DNA from: an uncultured virus (IMG/VR IMGVR_UViG_3300018494_000099)
Lineage: Duplodnaviria; Heunggongvirae; Uroviricota; Caudoviricetes
DNA: 64,000 bases
IMG/VR virus record: IMGVR_UViG_3300018494_000099
Reading direction: 5' to 3' (one strand)
Shown here: one piece after another, positions 45,472 to 55,073 of the stretch
Layout of the letters: the number at the start of each line of letters is the position of its first letter
Numbering within the stretch: the first letter of the stretch is position 1
The notes under the pieces: model-generated
The model's input: only the letters and a program-made list of their open reading frames with translations
Database searches by the model: none
What the model was told of the DNA's origin: nothing
Made by a program: the position numbers and the translations under genes

Positions 45472-45960
45472 TTATTCATATAATGTTATATTATCATTTT
45501 TAAGGGAAGTCTGAACATCTATAACTCTTTGGTTCGAAGAGCCGCGATACTTTAGCCTGAGGTCCTTAAGCTCTTCTACAAACTTACCATCTACGACTAC
45601 ATCAACCCCGGATCCAATAATGTCATCAGCTACTTCTTCCCAAAGATAGCCGGTCCAGATCCAGACAGTTTTATTGGGATACACTTCCTTAAACTTCTTT
45701 ACTAGGTCTAGAACGTCTGTTCTGTTTCTAGGATGTAGTGGTTCACCACCTAGGATACTCAGTCCGCTAATGTGATCTGGCTTAGCGAGTTCTAGAAGAA
45801 GGTCCATGGTTTGATCCGTGAACTCCTTACCACCTTCAAAGTCTCTAGCGACTGTGTTAAAGCAGCCCGGGCAGTTGAAGGTGCATCCCTGAACAAACAG
45901 GGATACCCTACAGCCAGGTCCGTTAGCAATGTCCAATTGTCTAATTACATTGTAGTTCAT
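45472..45960 (-). CDS. nrdG: anaerobic ribonucleotide reductase activase
   Basis: NGPGCRVSLFVQGC...CPGCFN radical-SAM motif, LGGEP, RGSSNQR. Confidence 0.95.
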   Translation of the reverse strand: MNYNVIRQLDIANGPGCRVSLFVQGCTFNCPGCFNTVARDFEGGKEFTDQTMDLLLELAKPDHISGLSILGGEPLHPRNRTDVLDLVKKFKEVYPNKTVWIWTGYLWEEVADDIIGSGVDVVVDGKFVEELKDLRLKYRGSSNQRVIDVQTSLKNDNITLYE

Positions 45961-48161
45961 TCGCAACCACACTCATGACAATCTAGGTGAACATAGCGGT
46001 CTCTAATCTCTGCGGTTCTTCCTTGATTAAAGTTTTGTGCAGAAATATAGCCACAGACTCTACGCGCAATATTCATACGGTCTCTATCTGTATTTCCACA
46101 GTTAGGGCACTTCCAGATAAGCTTACCAGATTCATCTTCTTCGATAAGAATTTCTCGATCCCAGCCGCACTCATGACAGTAATCTGACTTAGTATTAATC
46201 TCAGCGTACATGATATGATCGTAGATATACTGGATAATAGTCAGAGCCGCTTCGAGATTATTCTCAAGATTAGCACTTTCGATGTAGCTGATTGCACCGC
46301 CTTTAGAAAGTCTCTGGAACTTAGCTTCTACCTCAAGCTTCTTAAACGGATCAATAGGAGTTTCTACATGAACATGATAACTGTTGGTGACATAGTTGCG
46401 ATCCGAAACTCCGGGGATTTCGCCCCAGCGCTTCTGCAAGCATCTAGCGAACTTATAAGTAGTACTCTCGAGAGGGGTACCGTAGATTCCGAATCCAAGA
46501 TTAAGTTCTTCATTCCACTCATCACACTTCTCATTCATATGTCTGAGGATCTCTAGTCCGAGTTCCTGACCTTCCTCAGAAAGCAGGTCCTTACCGGTCA
46601 GTTCTTTAACGCATTCCCAAAGTCCGGCATATCCGAGTGAGATAGTAGAGTATCCACCAGTAAGAAGCTTATCAATTGTCTCACCTTTCTTAAGTCGAGC
46701 GATAGCACCATGCTGCCAGAGTACTGGAGCAACATCACTGATAGTACCTTTGAGTCTTTCATAGCGGCAAAGCAAGGCTTTATGACAGAGTTCAAGTACT
46801 TCATCAAATGTCTTCCAGAAGCTATCCATGTCTTTAGAATAGTTTTCGCCGGTTGCCGAGCAAGCTACATCTACTAAGTTAACAGTAACTACTCCCTTAT
46901 TAAATCTACCCCAATACTTTGCTTTTCCATTCTCGTCATACCAAGGAGACAGGCAGCTTCTACAACCCATAGGTGCGAAGCAGGAACCTTCCTTAAGTTC
47001 CTTCATGATCTTCTCACTAATATAGTCAGGAACAAGTCGCTTAGCTGAGCATTTAGCAGCAAGCTTCGTAAGATACCAGTAGTCAGTTCCCTCTCGTATG
47101 TTATCTTCTTCTAGAACATAGATGAGTTTCGGGAAAGCCGGTGTGATCCAAACACCTTTCTCATTCTTAACTCCCTCATATCTCTGAAGAAGAACTTCCT
47201 CGATGATCATCGCCAGGTCTTTTTTAGTCTGCTCGTCTTCTACTTCGTTGAGGTACATAAACACGGTAATGAAAGGTGCCTGGCCATTAGTAGTGAGTAG
47301 GGTATTGACCTGATACTGGATCGTCTGTACTCCACGCTTTACTTCTGCGCGAACTCGCTTTTCTGTAATGTCAGCTGCCAACAGAGTTCGGCTATACTGA
47401 TCCAAAGATTTAAGCTCTTCTTCAACCTCAGCTCTGATCTTCTTACGGCTAATGTCTACAAAAGGTGCCAGGTGGGAGAGGGTGATTGACTGACCACCAT
47501 ACTGATTACTACTTACCTGCGCAACTATCTGTGTAGCTACATTACACGCAGTAGAAAAACTATGTGGCTTCTCAATAAGAGTACCGCTGATTACAGTACC
47601 GTTCTGAAGCATGTCATCTAGGGCAACTAGATCGCAGTTATGTAGTCTCTGCGCGAAGTAGTCCATGTCATGGAAATGAATTGTACCTTCGTCATGTGCC
47701 TTCACTACATCTTTAGGTAGAAGAAGTCTGCGTGTAAGGTCCTTAGATACTTCTCCTGCCATGTAGTCTCTCTGTGTAGAGTTAATTACCGGATTCTTAT
47801 TTGCATTCTCCTGCTTAAGTTCCTCATTGCTAAGATTAATTAAGCTGAGAATCGAATCATCGGTAGTATTAGATTTTCTTACTAACTCTTTATTATGTCT
47901 GTATTTAATAAATGCGCGAACGAGATTGTTATAATTTCGGAAGATAAGTTCGTCTTCAATTAGGTCGTTAATATCTTCGACCTTTATTGCGCGCTTATAT
48001 ACACTACACTTCTCTTCTACGATATCTGCAAGCTGATCAATCTTTCTTCTGCTGATCTGCTTTGATTTAATGACTTCCTGATTAGCATGTGAAATTGCTT
48101 CGATAATCTTCATCTTATCGAACTCAACTTCTCTGCCATCACGCTTAATAACTCTTTGCAT
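45957..48161 (-). CDS. nrdD: class III anaerobic ribonucleoside-triphosphate reductase
   Basis: N-terminal ATP cone (VIKRDG), HFHDMDY, MGCRS, TNSYHV, CPNCG, glycyl loop RVCGY. Confidence 0.96.
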   Translation of the reverse strand: MQRVIKRDGREVEFDKMKIIEAISHANQEVIKSKQISRRKIDQLADIVEEKCSVYKRAIKVEDINDLIEDELIFRNYNNLVRAFIKYRHNKELVRKSNTTDDSILSLINLSNEELKQENANKNPVINSTQRDYMAGEVSKDLTRRLLLPKDVVKAHDEGTIHFHDMDYFAQRLHNCDLVALDDMLQNGTVISGTLIEKPHSFSTACNVATQIVAQVSSNQYGGQSITLSHLAPFVDISRKKIRAEVEEELKSLDQYSRTLLAADITEKRVRAEVKRGVQTIQYQVNTLLTTNGQAPFITVFMYLNEVEDEQTKKDLAMIIEEVLLQRYEGVKNEKGVWITPAFPKLIYVLEEDNIREGTDYWYLTKLAAKCSAKRLVPDYISEKIMKELKEGSCFAPMGCRSCLSPWYDENGKAKYWGRFNKGVVTVNLVDVACSATGENYSKDMDSFWKTFDEVLELCHKALLCRYERLKGTISDVAPVLWQHGAIARLKKGETIDKLLTGGYSTISLGYAGLWECVKELTGKDLLSEEGQELGLEILRHMNEKCDEWNEELNLGFGIYGTPLESTTYKFARCLQKRWGEIPGVSDRNYVTNSYHVHVETPIDPFKKLEVEAKFQRLSKGGAISYIESANLENNLEAALTIIQYIYDHIMYAEINTKSDYCHECGWDREILIEEDESGKLIWKCPNCGNTDRDRMNIARRVCGYISAQNFNQGRTAEIRDRYVHLDCHECGCE

Positions 48162-48247
48162 AACTAATACCTTTCCTCAATTTTTATGTCTAAGAGCCTT
48201 CTGCTCTGTAATTAATTTAGCTGATTCTAAGGCTAATTTCTGCCTAT

Positions 48248-48322
48248 AAAAGGAGTGGGACGACGAGTTTTACCTCATCGCCCCCGATGCCAATGACACA
48301 TCATCTACTCGCACTCACCCTA
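48248..48322 (-). ncRNA. candidate structured leader/attenuator or sRNA upstream of nrdD
   Basis: Promoter motif at 48327-48336, GC-rich foldable segment, 11-bp hairpin 48257-48284 and U-tract. Confidence 0.45.
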
Positions 48323-48546
48323 CTATATTATACGATATTAAGCGTGTATTTTTTGATGATATGAAAAATAAATTCCCAAGCCGTCAGCATACAAATAATA
48401 CTTTTCTGAACTATTCGTTTCTGTCACTATAAAGTTTTTATATTTAAAATCCTTAAAATAAATGGCTCCAACGGGTTTTTTGTTTATATCAAGCAGTTCG
48501 ATTATCGGTGGATTATCAGATTCAGCCAAAGCATGAAATAAACTGG

Positions 48547-48930
48547 TTAGTGGGTGTTCCATATATCTCGTGTACCTCCTAAAAAAGAAAACCAAAAATG
48601 TCCGTGACCAAGATACTCATCGTATTCATCTAACATTCGCTTTAGAGTATCCAAGTCCCTCTCGTAGAAAGCTATAACATCTTGGAGTTGGGAGTAAGCA
48701 AGGAGTTTAGTAAAGTCCGTCGACCCGGTCGACACTTCTTTACAGTAAGTTTTAAAAAGATTAGCTGCTGCTTTCGTTAACATCTTAATAACTAACTTAG
48801 TGGATCTATAATCCTTCCAATAACTTATAAAATCATGCCAGGTAGTGATTAACTGAAATTGGATCAATTTCCCTTCTTCTGCATACTCTAATATTTTTAA
48901 TAAAAGTTCTTGTGCTTCTTTATCTTGCAT
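48547..48930 (-). CDS. hypothetical protein
   Basis: 127 aa ORF with AAGGA RBS. Confidence 0.7.
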   Translation of the reverse strand: MQDKEAQELLLKILEYAEEGKLIQFQLITTWHDFISYWKDYRSTKLVIKMLTKAAANLFKTYCKEVSTGSTDFTKLLAYSQLQDVIAFYERDLDTLKRMLDEYDEYLGHGHFWFSFLGGTRDIWNTH

Positions 48931-48956
48931 TTTTAGCTATTCCTTATAATAATTAA

Positions 48957-49034
48957 AATAAAAGCGCTGGACGGGAGGAAACATCCAGCGCAACGAACAA
49001 AGGAGGAAACTTGTATAAGAGTTTTCTCTTATAT
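48957..49034 (-). ncRNA. candidate sRNA with two anti-Shine-Dalgarno (GUUUCCUCC) motifs
   Basis: Promoter motif 49038-49047; 5' hairpin 49014-49033; terminator hairpin 48964-48991 with U-tract. Confidence 0.55.
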
Positions 49035-49093
49035 TATATTATACGATAAATAATTTGAAATTTCTCAAATTGTCTCAATAATTTTTATGCAAA

Positions 49094-49630
49094 TTAATTA
49101 TACCAACCAAACAGCACGTTAAAGATGCTGTCAGCAAGCTTAGAAACATCTGCTGCAGGCTGGGCCTTAGCATTAGAGTTTACCTGGCTGCTGATAGTAG
49201 TCTCAAAGTCGCCATCCCTAAGAGTCATGTGATAATTCTCATACTTTGCCTGAAAAGCCTTGAGAGCTTCATCGAAAGCAGCCTCTGCATCAGCGAGCTT
49301 GTTAGCAATGTCTTTCTTGCCAAGCTCATAAGCTTTCTTAAGATTCTCAAGAGCTTCAGCATATTCCTTAGTAAGCTGAGTAAGATCTTCCTTATAAACC
49401 TTACGTGCAGCATTGAGTGACTTAAAAGCATCTTCTACTTTCTTAGCATCAGCTTTCTTCTGAGCAGCTGCATCTTCCTTAGCCTTTCGTGCTTCACAGT
49501 ACTCGGCTTCGGCAGCAGTGAGCTCTTCAATAGAATCAAAAGGTTTCTGAAGTACTCTCGAGTAGTAAGAATAGGTCTGCTCGCCACTTTTTTCAATAGT
49601 TACGTTGTTCTTTTTCATTTTAAATACCAA
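49094..49630 (-). CDS. Ala/Lys/Glu-rich coiled-coil protein
   Basis: Long heptad-like helical region; strongly biased codon usage. Confidence 0.75.
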   Translation of the reverse strand: MVFKMKKNNVTIEKSGEQTYSYYSRVLQKPFDSIEELTAAEAEYCEARKAKEDAAAQKKADAKKVEDAFKSLNAARKVYKEDLTQLTKEYAEALENLKKAYELGKKDIANKLADAEAAFDEALKAFQAKYENYHMTLRDGDFETTISSQVNSNAKAQPAADVSKLADSIFNVLFGWYN

Positions 49631-49705
49631 TCCTTTTTGTTATTTTTTATATTAAGCCGGACAGCAGTCCTCTCAACTATCCGACTTTATATTATACGAT
49701 AAAAA

Positions 49706-50614
49706 TTAATTAAATCCGCATTCTATGCAAATTCCGGTTTCAATATCAAAGGTTTCTTTTCCACACTCGGGACAGAACTTTAGGTGAGAATCTGAAACTT
49801 CTGGAGTTTCGGCAGGATAACCACCATCATACTCATTACCGAGATCATGAACCTCTTCTACTTCTTCATCAAGGAAATCCCAATAATTTCCTTCTCTGAA
49901 AGTAAGAGTCTCACCTCTAGACTTTATAGCCATCTCACATCTACTACAAAGCCAACCGAGATCTACTTCCTTACGACACTCACTCTTATCAAAAAGGTCA
50001 TTACACCAGGTACACTCAACTGTATCCTCATTCTCTTCCATCTCTTCTACTAGCTGCTCGATAGTCATTCCTTCTGGAATCGGCTTTTTAGCGCACTCAG
50101 CAATCTTAAAGTCATCACCAAGTTCAGCTCTATATTCTCTGAGCTTATCAAGAAGGTTAGAGTCGTCAGCATCGTTCTCGTCTATAAACTTACGAAGGTC
50201 TGCACCTGTAATTATACCAATTTCGCGGCAGAGCTTAAAGAACTCTTCTTGATCTGCTTTATTCTTAAATGAAAATCTCGTAGGTGCAACTTCTTCTACA
50301 AGTCCGTTACTAAAGTAGAATTCATCATCATCGAACTCAGAATCATCTGTATACTTCCCAAAGTCACCTTTATTAAAAACAGATACTGCGGGTTCTGCTT
50401 CAGTTTCCTTACCTACAGCATCTTCCCAAGACCAAACTGTTCCAAGATCACAAGAGTCAGTACACTCGCCAAAATCATTTCTATTAACCTCAATTTGATT
50501 AATAACAGGCTTCTGGTTCATGCAGCCCATAGCAAATGCCTTAGCTTCGTCAAAGAAGTCGAAGGGCTCATCCTCACAGTTAGGGCACTTTACAAAATAA
50601 ATATATGTTACCAT
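49706..50614 (-). CDS. acidic multi-zinc-ribbon protein
   Basis: CPNC, CTWC/CSRC, CPECG/CIECG; TGCTAAATTAT at 50641-50651. Confidence 0.75.
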   Translation of the reverse strand: MVTYIYFVKCPNCEDEPFDFFDEAKAFAMGCMNQKPVINQIEVNRNDFGECTDSCDLGTVWSWEDAVGKETEAEPAVSVFNKGDFGKYTDDSEFDDDEFYFSNGLVEEVAPTRFSFKNKADQEEFFKLCREIGIITGADLRKFIDENDADDSNLLDKLREYRAELGDDFKIAECAKKPIPEGMTIEQLVEEMEENEDTVECTWCNDLFDKSECRKEVDLGWLCSRCEMAIKSRGETLTFREGNYWDFLDEEVEEVHDLGNEYDGGYPAETPEVSDSHLKFCPECGKETFDIETGICIECGFN

Positions 50615-50663
50615 TTATATTCTCCTTAAAGATTAATCACATAATTTAGCAAATTGAAATTAC

Positions 50664-51101
50664 TTAAATTTCGTCAAGTAACCCAGACTTTCTTAACAAC
50701 TTCTCCGATTCTGAAATTAGCGCAATCTCGTTTACTTCGCCGGCAACTAAGAAGATTTTAAGTATCCTACCTTTGTAGCAGAGTCTGATATCCCGGAAAT
50801 CTCCATTATGAAAATACTCTAATTTCGCACCGGCGAAATCCGGGCAATTACAGAAGTCAGTAATCAGGTCGAGTTCACGATCCACGAACTTACATATGTC
50901 TTCTTTGTAGTAGATGTTGTTAAGCCCTAGGTCTACCAGCTTCCCTCTCCACTGAGCAAAGCATTGATGACCCGATGGATCAGAGAGGAAGTTTAGAGTT
51001 TCCCCTCTGTACTCTATAGTATCGTATCTTATTACTAACCCGAGTTCCCTGGCTTCCTTAGAGATCTCGAAGGATTGCTCGGAGTTAGCTTCAGTCAACA
51101 T
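50664..51101 (-). CDS. hypothetical protein
   Basis: ORF overlapping the end of the HNH gene; start uncertain. Confidence 0.65.
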   Translation of the reverse strand: MLTEANSEQSFEISKEARELGLVIRYDTIEYRGETLNFLSDPSGHQCFAQWRGKLVDLGLNNIYYKEDICKFVDRELDLITDFCNCPDFAGAKLEYFHNGDFRDIRLCYKGRILKIFLVAGEVNEIALISESEKLLRKSGLLDEI

Positions 51102-52011
51102 ATTCAAACTGATAAAGATCACCTGCCCTATTCTTTACAGGACCCTTACTAATAATAGACCTATCGATCATTGGGATACTTATAGGTAATGCAAAACTAG
51201 CCTTACGCTTAGACTCAAATATCTCTCCAGTATTTAAGCACTTAACTTTTCTACCTGTGGCTGAGGTCTTTCCGTACATTGGATTAGCTGCTCCGGCTCG
51301 ACTTTGATGAGTAGCACCTAAGCGATAACCTTCAGGGGCTTCTTCTGGTAGACAATATACATCAGTGAGCCCATTAGTAAACCACTTCTTACCATTTCTA
51401 GTATTATGTGCTTTCTCTTTCATTTCGTCAGTAAACTTACAGCCTGACCTAGGATTATTAGTTCCTGATAGTTTCAAGCTCATCTTAGCTAGCTCTTCTT
51501 CTGTGTGCCTTGGTCCACCGAGACGCCAGTCAGTATTTTCTAATAAAAATGTCTCTAGCTCTTCAGGAAAGATATATTTTTTAATATTTAATTTTTCATT
51601 ATAAACAGCTTTACGTCCTCTAATGCCATTACCCGATATAGCTGGGTCTTTTCGTACGGCTTCTAAGTACAGAGTTCGAGCAAGTTCAAAGTCTTCTTCT
51701 GAAATATCAAAAGACCTTTTATTACTCCAAGAACTATTAACTTTAAATGTATTAGCCATTATATAAAATGCTTGGGCGAAAGCTGGAATTTCTGGAAAGT
51801 CTAAAGCTAATAGCTTATGTGCCTTAAAGTGTTCACCCGGAGTTAGTCTAATGATATTAGGGTGTCTATCTTTAGTACGACCCTCTCCTCCGTAGCTAGT
51901 AGGAATAATGTGATGACCTTCCCAATGAGATAGACCATCCGACCACTGTCCTCTATTGTTAATTATAGACTCAATAAAAATTATATAATCTGTATTTGTA
52001 AAATCTAGCAT
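51091..52011 (-). CDS. free-standing HNH homing endonuclease with NUMOD-type DNA-binding repeats
   Basis: EGHHIIP..GG...NII.LT..EHFKAHKLL; HTEEE..KMS, NPMYGK, VKCLNTGEIFES. Confidence 0.88.
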   Translation of the reverse strand: MLDFTNTDYIIFIESIINNRGQWSDGLSHWEGHHIIPTSYGGEGRTKDRHPNIIRLTPGEHFKAHKLLALDFPEIPAFAQAFYIMANTFKVNSSWSNKRSFDISEEDFELARTLYLEAVRKDPAISGNGIRGRKAVYNEKLNIKKYIFPEELETFLLENTDWRLGGPRHTEEELAKMSLKLSGTNNPRSGCKFTDEMKEKAHNTRNGKKWFTNGLTDVYCLPEEAPEGYRLGATHQSRAGAANPMYGKTSATGRKVKCLNTGEIFESKRKASFALPISIPMIDRSIISKGPVKNRAGDLYQFEYVD

Positions 52012-52072
52012 TTAAATAAGCTCCTTAAAATACTTCATTTAATTTAGCTTATTTTTTACTCGCGAAATTCTA

Positions 52073-53800
52073 TCACAAATCTCTGATAATTGCTCTTAGC
52101 TCATCATCGAGTAAATTATTTGTTATATTGCTAGACTCAATACCATCTATCAGGTAATTACCAAGTTCCTTCTTTGACTCGATAATTTGTTGCACTCTTT
52201 CATCAATAGTATCTCGACAAATTAAAACAGTGATAAAAGCTGGACGAGTATTATTTACACGATATATGCGGTCTACTCCTTGGTCGAACATCGCAGCAGT
52301 GTAAGGTGTATCTAGACAGATAAGGTAGGAAGCAGAGTTAAGAGTCCAGCCGGTTCCGACCTTTCCCCAAGTACCAATGAATACTTGTTCATTAGGATCA
52401 TCTTGGAATCTAGCTACGTTACTAGCAACTACCGGATCTGGGACATCACCGGTATTTATACTAAAACGAAATTCGTCGAGTTTCGCTGCGAGCTCATTTA
52501 GAGTTTCTTTAAACACTGAGAGTACCACAACCTTCTCTCCTTGAGAAGTAAGTTCTTGGATCAGCTCTAGACAGCGATCTACTTTGCATGAACTTACGGG
52601 TTGAGTAGTCAGGATACTCGGACATGCGGATGCTTGTCTAAGTCTAGTAGTAAGAGCAAGGAGGCTCGAGGTCTTAAGTTCAATCTTGTCGGCTTCTTCC
52701 TTGACTCCTTCTTTGATTGCTTCATAGAACTTACGCTGATCGTCTTCCGGCTCTAGAAGTTCCAGGGTTACTGTCTTCGGTGGCATGTCAGATCTTACTT
52801 GATCCAGAGTTCTTCTAAGTGAACACGACTTAATAACTTCCTGGAGGACATCTAGATTCTTGAAGCCAATAACTTGGTTATTTTTGAAACCTCCGAAATT
52901 ACAGTACTGAGATTTGTAGTTCGTGAGAGTCGACTCATCATTACCAGTCCACGAGAGAGGGACATATGCGGAGAGGGGATTATTAGTAATCAAAGTTCCG
53001 GTTGCTGCAATCTTAAAGGGAGCTTCTAGCTTTAGCAGGTTAGTTCCCTGCTGAGAAGTCTTAGTCGCTGCCTTATGGGCTTCGTCGAAAGCGATCATGC
53101 CGAACTTGTTAGCCGACTTATTGAAGGCTTCGATGATCCGGTCGTCTCTGAGACTTTCTAAGTTGGTGATAACAAAGAATTCCTCTATTGGATCCTTGAG
53201 CTGCTGTGCTCTCTTGTCCATAGACCTGTAACGAGTAGTTCCGTTTCGGGTTATGTACTCTCCTAAGACAACAGCTGACTCGGTCGAGAACTTCTGAATC
53301 TCTTTCTTCCAGTTCTGTTTCAGAGAGTTGACTCCGCAGATAATGAAACAGTGATCAATTATCCCTCTCCTCTTAAGAGTCTCAGCGAGCCAGATAATAG
53401 AGTTCGTCTTTCCTAGACCCATAGAGTCCAGAAGAAGCCACTTCTCTTTGTCTAACCCAAAGTTAATAGCCTCGAGCTGATGTTCGAAAGGTTTCATCTT
53501 GAACGAAACTTTCTCAATTTCAGAAAGTGGCTCCAGGTTAAAATGTTTGTTAAAATGAAATTCGCCAGATTTCGGCGTATCTAATAATTTAAGTTGTATC
53601 TCGTCCAAGAAAGTAAGACTATCTAATAATCGGCCGAGATAACAAATCGGAAGTTCCCAGCATTTCTCTTTCTTATGATAGTGTGCTGTAGGTATAGTCT
53701 TAATAGAGTCTACTATGTATTGATTAAAGTTGAAGTCAACTATCAAGGAAGATAGACCTGATATTTTCTTTGGCGGCGAGATCTCAAAGATTCTAATCAT
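52073..53800 (-). CDS. SNF2-family helicase
   Basis: DSMGLGKT, FDEAHK, ATGT, LRR, GTGWTL, QGVDRIYR. Confidence 0.92.
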   Translation of the reverse strand: MIRIFEISPPKKISGLSSLIVDFNFNQYIVDSIKTIPTAHYHKKEKCWELPICYLGRLLDSLTFLDEIQLKLLDTPKSGEFHFNKHFNLEPLSEIEKVSFKMKPFEHQLEAINFGLDKEKWLLLDSMGLGKTNSIIWLAETLKRRGIIDHCFIICGVNSLKQNWKKEIQKFSTESAVVLGEYITRNGTTRYRSMDKRAQQLKDPIEEFFVITNLESLRDDRIIEAFNKSANKFGMIAFDEAHKAATKTSQQGTNLLKLEAPFKIAATGTLITNNPLSAYVPLSWTGNDESTLTNYKSQYCNFGGFKNNQVIGFKNLDVLQEVIKSCSLRRTLDQVRSDMPPKTVTLELLEPEDDQRKFYEAIKEGVKEEADKIELKTSSLLALTTRLRQASACPSILTTQPVSSCKVDRCLELIQELTSQGEKVVVLSVFKETLNELAAKLDEFRFSINTGDVPDPVVASNVARFQDDPNEQVFIGTWGKVGTGWTLNSASYLICLDTPYTAAMFDQGVDRIYRVNNTRPAFITVLICRDTIDERVQQIIESKKELGNYLIDGIESSNITNNLLDDELRAIIRDL

Positions 53801-53804
53801 TAAT

Positions 53805-53899
53805 GAAATCTCCTAAGTTACGGAATGAAATAAACGAGATTACCGAAATCTCGAAAGTTACAGAAACGAGATTTTTGAGATTATCGAAATTTCGGAAGT
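53805..53899. repeat. degenerate ~40-bp tandem repeat (about 2.4 copies)
   Basis: GAAATCTC..AAGTTAC.GAA...GAGATTA.C units start at 53805, 53845, 53886. Confidence 0.65.
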
Positions 53900-54001
53900 C
53901 TCGCGCGCATATACGCATGCGCGTAAGGAAATAGCCAAAATTCGACTAAAAAGCGCAAAAAGGTGCAAATTAGCTCGAATTTTAGCTAGAAAAAGGTGTA
54001 A

Positions 54002-54310
54002 TTAATCTAAAAGTGAGACATACTGGGTAGAAAAATCCTTTTCAGGGGCTTCTTCTCTAGTTTTATATGTAACTGTAGCTTCAACAACAAAGGGCTTATC
54101 ACAGTAGTCACAAATAAAGCTTTCTGTCATGTCTGGCTCTCTAGTTTCAGTATAATAATCTTCATAGATGATCTTACCTAAAGAATCTTTTACTACTTCA
54201 TCTGGTTGGCCTATAAGAGAACCAGGCATATAAATCTCCCCAGGAAGATATTCTGCTCCACAATGTGGGCATCTAATAATTGCTGATTTATGGTTAATTA
54301 CTGTCTTCAT
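54002..54310 (-). CDS. zinc-ribbon protein
   Basis: CPHCG and CDYCD pairs; AGGAG RBS. Confidence 0.75.
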   Translation of the reverse strand: MKTVINHKSAIIRCPHCGAEYLPGEIYMPGSLIGQPDEVVKDSLGKIIYEDYYTETREPDMTESFICDYCDKPFVVEATVTYKTREEAPEKDFSTQYVSLLD

Positions 54311-55073
54311 GTATGCTCCTAACTGAAAAATCTGATTTTTTGAAAATTTCTAAAAAATTATTTGCACGCGCGCACCATGCGCACGCACGCTCTAGTCCTA
54401 TATATAATAATACTCCAGGGCTATATTATAGATCTATAATAGATATATTTATATTTCTATATATTCTATATTTTTATTTTTGGTTTTTGAGAATTTTTTT
54501 AGTATTGCGGCAAGCCGCATAGCCTTCGGCCTAAAGGCCTCAGTCTATAACTACAGTTAAAATAAAATATTTAAAAGATCTATCTATTATAATATACAGT
54601 ATATATTATAGTAATTTAATAAATTATTAAAAAAATTTTTAGAAAATTTTATATTATTTATATGGGCGGGCTATTAATTTAATAAATTAATAAATTAATG
54701 AAATTGTGAACATTTCGTAAACTTTTAATTTTACAGGTGGCGGGAGAACCGCCAGAACGCATTCTAGCATACCAAATTCTCTTTGTATTGCAGTTGTATA
54801 CTAGTACCCTACTGTTTATATACCCAAGGCATTTAAACGTGCCAGAGGTACCTTAAAACGCGCCACACGAAATTGTAAACATTTCGTAAACAATTCCAGA
54901 GCAGTATAATATTTTTAAAACATTCACCAGAAGCCCAAATTCTCTTCCTGTCGCGTTTTCCCTCTCGGCCTTATAAAGTTTATAGACCAACTACCTTTCG
55001 TGCGACCTGAATAAAAATATGAGCTCATAAAAATAATTAGACCCCTTATAATAAAATAAGAGGTCAATAAAAA
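54311..55073. other. long non-coding region, candidate replication origin
   Basis: About 760 bp without a credible gene; AT-rich tracts, alternating purine-pyrimidine runs, 23-bp direct repeat at 54700-54722 and 54869-54891. Confidence 0.45.

Noticed and set aside
45957..48161. Intron or intein in nrdD
   Set aside because: The ORF is continuous, of normal length and shows no intein splice motifs.
53805..53899. Possible mini CRISPR array
   Set aside because: Repeats are degenerate, tandem and lack unique spacers; no cas genes.
54313..54522. Plus-strand 69-aa hydrophobic ORF
   Set aside because: Translation of low-complexity CG- and AT-repeat DNA without an RBS.
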